From assembly GCF_043950625.1 (NCBI RefSeq), contig NZ_CP171007.1: a DNA stretch of 32,000 nt; one strand, given 5' to 3'. Below are positions 27,201-32,000 of the stretch, piece by piece. The position numbers and the translations under genes were made by a program. Source of the DNA: Alkanindiges sp. WGS2144. Lineage in GTDB: Bacteria; Pseudomonadota; Gammaproteobacteria; Pseudomonadales; Moraxellaceae. How positions within the stretch are numbered: position 1 is the stretch's first letter; every line of letters starts with the position of its first letter. The notes beneath the pieces were generated by a model. It worked only from the letters and a program-made list of their open reading frames with translations, was not told the DNA's origin and made no database searches.

Positions 27201-30200
27201 AAGGGTGGTTATTTAACTAATAAATATAATTCGGATGTAAATATCCTCTCGGTAGGCAGTGCCTCACAGCAGCGTCGCATTATCAATGTCGCCGATGGTG
27301 CAGACAACACCGATGCCGTCAACGTACAGCAGCTCAAGCAATTGAATAAAAATGTAAAAGATGTGCTGGGTTCAGATGCGACTCTTAATCCAGATGGGAC
27401 GTTCACATTTAAAGTTGAGGGTACTCCTACCACTGTTCAGCAAGCCATAGAAGGATTGGTAAGTGGTAGCATTCCCATAGCACCAGCAGATAGCGTCACG
27501 TATACGGATACCAGTCATACTAAGGTTGACCTGCAAGGCGCCAGATTATCCAATATCGCAGCCGGAACCACAGCAAATGATGCCGTAAACAAAGGACAAC
27601 TTGAGCAGGCTATTGCTGATAATGGAGTCAAATATATTTCGGTGAATAGCTCACAAAGTGCCAATAAAAATAATACGGGGGCCGCAGCGGCAGAGTCGCT
27701 AGCTATTGGTGCATCCGTTTCAACCTCCAATATGGCCAATAACAGTGTGGCAGTTGGCTTTGGGGGCACGAGCACACAGCAAAGCAATAGTGTTGCTATT
27801 GGTAGTGCTGCATTAACTAATCAGGTATCTTCCGTAGCAGTGGGTGATAATGCTGTAGGCTATGGCGTTAATAACGTTGCTATCGGTAAAAATACTCGCA
27901 GTGATGGTAAAGATGGCATTACCATTGGTAATAACGCGCAATTAGATCCAGCTACCAAAACGGTTGATTACGGAGTGGTGATTGGTAGCAATGCGGAAGT
28001 GCAGGCTGCCAATCAGGGTGTTTCTATTGGTCGCCAAGCAGTTACTCAAGCTGAGGATGGCACGGCGATTGGTCATCAGGCATTTGTGAAAGTCTCAGCA
28101 CCGCAAAGTAATGCGATTGGTTATAAGGCAGAAGTCTCTGGGCAAAGCAGCAATGCGCTAGGTGACCAAGCCAAGGCTAGCGGCACCAACTCAACCGCTA
28201 TCGGCAGGACAGCCCATGCCAGCGGCACAAATTCAAATGCCATTGGTAATGCAGCAATTAGTAGCGCGAGCAATACCAATGCTATAGGTAATCAAGCCAA
28301 GGCAGAAGGTACGAGTGCCAATGCTATCGGTGACAAGGCACAGGTATCCAGTAATACTACCAGCTCAACCGCTATGGGCACCAGCGCGACGGTAGCAGCT
28401 AACTCTAGCAATGCTACAGCCATTGGTAGCAGCGCACAGGTTAATAGCAACGCTTCAAATGGTTTGGCTTTTGGTAATCAGTCAAGCGTGGCGGCAAATG
28501 CCAACAATGCAACAGCTATTGGCAGTAATGCACAGGCCAATGCGGTAAAAGCCTTGGCAGTGGGGGATGCTGCACAAGCAACGGCTATTAATGCAACGGC
28601 TTTGGGCAAAGAAGCCAAAGCAACTGAACAAAATAGTGTGGCATTAGGCACTATTGCCAAAGCCAGTGCAGTGAATGCGTTTGCCTTGGGCAATACGGCA
28701 CAAGCAAGCGGCGTAGATGCAATCGCTTTTGGTACAAATACGCTTTCAAATCAGCAAAGCACCGTTGCTGTAGGCAATGCAGCACAAGCTACTAATAAAA
28801 ATGCCAGTGCTCTGGGTAATGCAGCACAAGCCAATGGTGAAAGTGCTACGGCACTAGGCGATACTGCCAAAGCCACCCAACAACATGCACTGGCACTTGG
28901 TTATAGCACTGAAGCAACCGGCGCGCATTCTACTGCAATCGGTGATAAAGCGGTTGCATCCAAAGATTCTGCACTGGCGATTGGTCATAGCGCACAGGCA
29001 ACCGGCATTAATGCCATTTCGATTGGTAACGGCAACGTGGTTAGCGGTAATAACTCCGGTGCCTTAGGTGACCCAAGCTATATTAGCGGCGATAACAGTT
29101 ATGCCATTGGTAATAATAACAATATTAATGTTGGCTCAAGTCAGGCATTTATTGTAGGCAATAACAGCACGATTAATAATGCTCAGGGTGCCGTTGCCAT
29201 TGGTCGTAATAATACGGTTAGTGCAGATAATGCTTTTGTTCTGGGTAGCAACGTTACAAATAATATTGATAACTCAGTTGTCTTGGGCAATAAATCAGCC
29301 GTTGCAGCAGCGGTTGGTACTGCAAATGCAAGTATTAACGGTAAAACTTACACCTTCGCGGGTACAAACCCTTATTCCACCGTAAGCGTTGGGGATGCTG
29401 GTAAAGAACGTACCATCACCAATGTGGCAGCAGGGCGTATTTCTGCTGCTAGCACTGATGCCATTAATGGCAGCCAACTTTATGGCACCAATGAAGAATT
29501 AAAAAATCTTGCCACCACCACCGCTACTGCTTTAGGTGGTGGTGCAGCAGCGGGCACTACAGCCGGTGGCATAATTGCCCCAACGTATACGGTTAATAAA
29601 AACACCAGTATCAAAAATGTGGGTGCCGCCATTACTGCACTAGACCAAGGCTGGACAGTTGAATCTGATGGCAAAATCGGTTCAGGCACGGCGGTTAAAG
29701 CAGGTGATGCCGTTGATATTGGTCTGGCTACAGGTGAAGCCAACCTGACTCGTAGCGCAACTACCGCATCTGGTAAAACCACTATTGATTTTGCGCTTTC
29801 CAAAAATTTAGTCGTCGATACGGTTAATGCGGGCGGCGTAAAAGTTAGCGGTAACGGCATTGATGCTAACGGTCAGAAAATTAGCAATGTTGCTGCAGGG
29901 AGCAACCCAGCAGATGCAGTAAATTTTGGTCAACTGACCACCACCAACACTGCTGTAAATACGCTTGCCAATACGCCACTTGGTTTTGCAGGTGATACAG
30001 GCACTGCTAGCCGTAAGCTGGGCGAAACCCTCAATGTTAAAGGAGGCGCAACAGGTGCACTAACCACCAATAATATTGGTGTGGTTGCCAATGGAACAAA
30101 TCAGCTGGATATTCGTCTGGCTGAGGCAGTTAACTTAGGTGCCAATGGCAGTGTAAGCACTGGCAATAGTAAACTAGATACCAATGGTTTAAGCGTTAAG

Positions 30201-32000
30201 GATGGCTCTAGTATCTCTACCACGGTGGGGGCTAATGGCGTTACGGTAAAAAATGGGGCTACAGAAACCAAAGTAAATGCCGGTACAGTGTCTGGCTTAA
30301 GCAATAAAACGTGGACAGGCACAGCTGTTAGTGGACAAGCAGCAACGGAAGACCAGTTACAAGCAGTACAGACTACAATTCAAAATAAAGGCTTAGATTT
30401 TGCTGCTAATAGTGGTAGCAACGTACACCGTGATTTAGGGCAAGTGGTAGAGGTTAAAGGCGGATTTACTGGTGCTGACACTGCCACCAGTAACGAAAAC
30501 GTCAAGACAATCACCACCACTAATGGTATAGATATCCGACTGGCAAAAGATGCCAAGTTTGACAGTGTCACAGCAGGTGGCAGCACCCTTGACAGCACTG
30601 GCTTAAAAACAGGTAACGTTGAAATTAACAGCACCACCAACAAAATAAGTGGTGTTGCAGCAGGTGACATTAGTGCCACCTCTAAAGACGCCATCAACGG
30701 CAGCCAGCTATTTAGCACCAACCAGAACGTCAGCAAGAACAGCACAGACATTGCCAGCAACACTGGCGACATCACAGCCCTGCAAAACCAGACCTTTAAA
30801 CTACAAGCCAACGGTGATAGCGCCAGCTCGGTTAAAGCCAGTGACACCGTGCAGTTTAAAGATGGCAAGAACGTTAAAATCAGCCGTAGCGGTAATGACA
30901 TCACCGTTGCCACAGCAGACAACGTTGCGTTTGACAAAGTAACGGTTGGCGGTGTGGTTAGCGACAGTGCCAGCAACACCATCAGCGGCCTTAGCAACAC
31001 CACCCTTGGAGCAGGCGACTTTGCCACTAAAGGCCGGGCAGCCACTGAAGAGCAGCTCAATGTTAGCCAAAGCAACCTTGCCAGCGTACTTGGAGGCAAT
31101 GCCGTTAACAGCAACGGCAACGTCACCACCAGTGACATTGGCGGCACCGGCAAGAACACCGTGCATGACGCCATTGGCACTGTTAAAGGCACGGCTGACA
31201 CAGCGCTGACGACAGCCAACAAAGGCTTTAACATCACCAGCAATGGCAACAAAGCCAGTGACAACGTCAAGTTGGGAGAAACGGTTGACTTCACCACAGG
31301 CGACAGCAACCTGATCGCCAGCCATGATGACAACAAAATCACCTACAGCCTGTCCAAAAACCTGGATCTTGGTGCAACAGGTAGCGTTACCACTGGTGCC
31401 ACCAGCATTACCAACAGCGGTTTAAGCATTACAGGTGGCCCCAGTGTGACCACTGCTGGCATTGACGCAGCTAACAAGACTATTAGCAACGTTAAAGCAG
31501 GCACAGCAGGCACTGATGCGGTTAACCTTGACCAGTTAAATGCGGTTAACAGCACTGCCAACAAAGGCTTTGGCTTACAGGCACAAGATGGCAACCAGGT
31601 ACACAAGAACCCTGGAGAATATGTAGAAGTCACTGGTGCAGACAGCAACATCAGCACCAAAGTAGCCAATGGTAAAATAGCCATTGAACTGGCTAAAAAC
31701 ATCACGGTTGACAGTGTCACAGCAGGTGGCAGCACCCTTGACAGCACTGGCTTAAAAACAGGTAACGTTGAAATTAACAGCACCACCAACAAAATAAGTG
31801 GTGTTGCAGCAGGTGACATTAGTGCCACCTCTAAAGACGCCATCAACGGCAGCCAGCTATTTAGCACCAACCAGAACGTCAGCAAGAACAGCACAGACAT
31901 TGCCAGCAACACTGGCGACATCACAGCCCTGCAAAACCAGACCTTTAAACTACAAGCCAACGGTGATAGCGCCAGCTCGGTTAAAGCCAGTGACACCGTG
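24240..32000 (+). CDS. Trimeric autotransporter adhesin (YadA/Ata-like), 3'-partial: at least 2587 codons open to the window edge
   Basis: I translated frame 3 by hand from the ATG at 24240 to 32000 and found no stop. It begins with an ESPR extended signal ([23 protein letters not shown]) and a second hydrophobic segment ending PAYA (predicted cleavage near 24479). Two long YadA-like head repeat arrays (S(I/V)A(I/V)G..A.A, about 25820-27240 and 27630-29370) each end in neck motifs ([42 protein letters not shown]). There are GW-containing Trp-ring/GIN-like modules (NKGWNLN near 25029, [10 protein letters not shown] near 29642) and repeated stalk modules. The membrane anchor is outside the window. 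Confidence 0.95.
   Translation, partial: [2587 protein letters not shown]
30559..30851 (+). repeat. Intragenic direct repeat, copy 1 (100% identical to 31708-32000)
   Basis: A base-by-base comparison shows 293 of 293 identical positions with copy 2. The offset is 1149 bp (383 codons, in frame). It encodes ..[57 protein letters not shown]...KASDTV. Confidence 0.95.
31708..32000 (+). repeat. Intragenic direct repeat, copy 2 (truncated by the window end)
   Basis: It is identical to 30559-30851. Identity begins abruptly at 31708. The preceding codons (IELAKNIT) are only homologous to the copy-1 flank (IRLAKDAK). The repeat probably continues beyond 32000. Confidence 0.95.

Noticed and set aside
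24473-31996. Many long minus-strand ORFs in the track (24473-25672, 26018-26629, 26406-26969, 27515-27787, 28478-28693, 29480-29860, 30380-31342, 30801-31325, 31343-31996 and others), some sharing identical peptide stretches.
   Set aside because: They are antisense shadows of the + strand adhesin ORF. Their translations are low-complexity L/P/V/A/T strings with no starts, RBSs or motifs. They tile and overlap each other. Their 'repeat' (LTELALSPLACSLKVWF...) is simply the reverse complement of the sense-strand 293-bp repeat. The + strand frame carries ESPR, head and neck motifs.
1-32000. Mobile elements, CRISPR arrays, tRNA/rRNA genes, toxin-antitoxin or defence-system genes.
   Set aside because: I found no transposase, integrase or recombinase-like ORF, no short regularly spaced repeats, and no tRNA-like or rRNA-like sequence in any intergenic region. 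The only sizeable repeats are internal to the adhesin gene.

Overview
This is a chromosomal segment of a gammaproteobacterium. Gene content and an ESPR-type trimeric autotransporter suggest a Moraxellaceae/Acinetobacter-like organism, but that is inference only. I support 23 protein-coding genes. In order: pgpA (5' partial)-glmU-glmS. Then a minus-strand methionine block, mesX(DUF1852)-mesD(core-MetE)-flavin reductase-TSUP permease-metR. Then a copper block, cueR<-copA divergent from a copZ-like chaperone, with two back-to-back MerR-type promoters with 19-bp spacers. Then two tandem Mip/FkpA-like FKBP isomerases, a YghA-like SDR, and two convergent unknown membrane proteins. Then an orphan Lpd-like flavoprotein divergent from an aldehyde dehydrogenase, followed by an NSS transporter and a 34-aa MetS-type small subunit that is missing from the ORF track. 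Then fmt-rsmB. From 24240 to the window edge there is one uninterrupted + strand ORF of at least 2587 codons encoding a trimeric autotransporter adhesin (TAA). It is absent from the ORF track because it has no stop in the window, and the long minus-strand ORFs listed there are antisense shadows. I saw no rRNA, tRNA, CRISPR, IS or integrase. The observations most worth follow-up are: (1) the mesX/mesD folate-independent methionine-synthase pair embedded with a flavin reductase, a TSUP permease and MetR, which are candidate missing components of a system whose methyl donor is unresolved; (2) the adhesin gene, which has a 100%-identical repeat of at least 293 bp at a 1149-bp period with a sharp identity boundary, and an abrupt intragenic synonymous-codon shift near 30.5 kb; (3) the unlisted MetS-like micro-ORF; (4) the copper promoter architecture, which fixes the true copA and copZ starts. 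All functional calls rest on motif recognition by eye; no searches were run.
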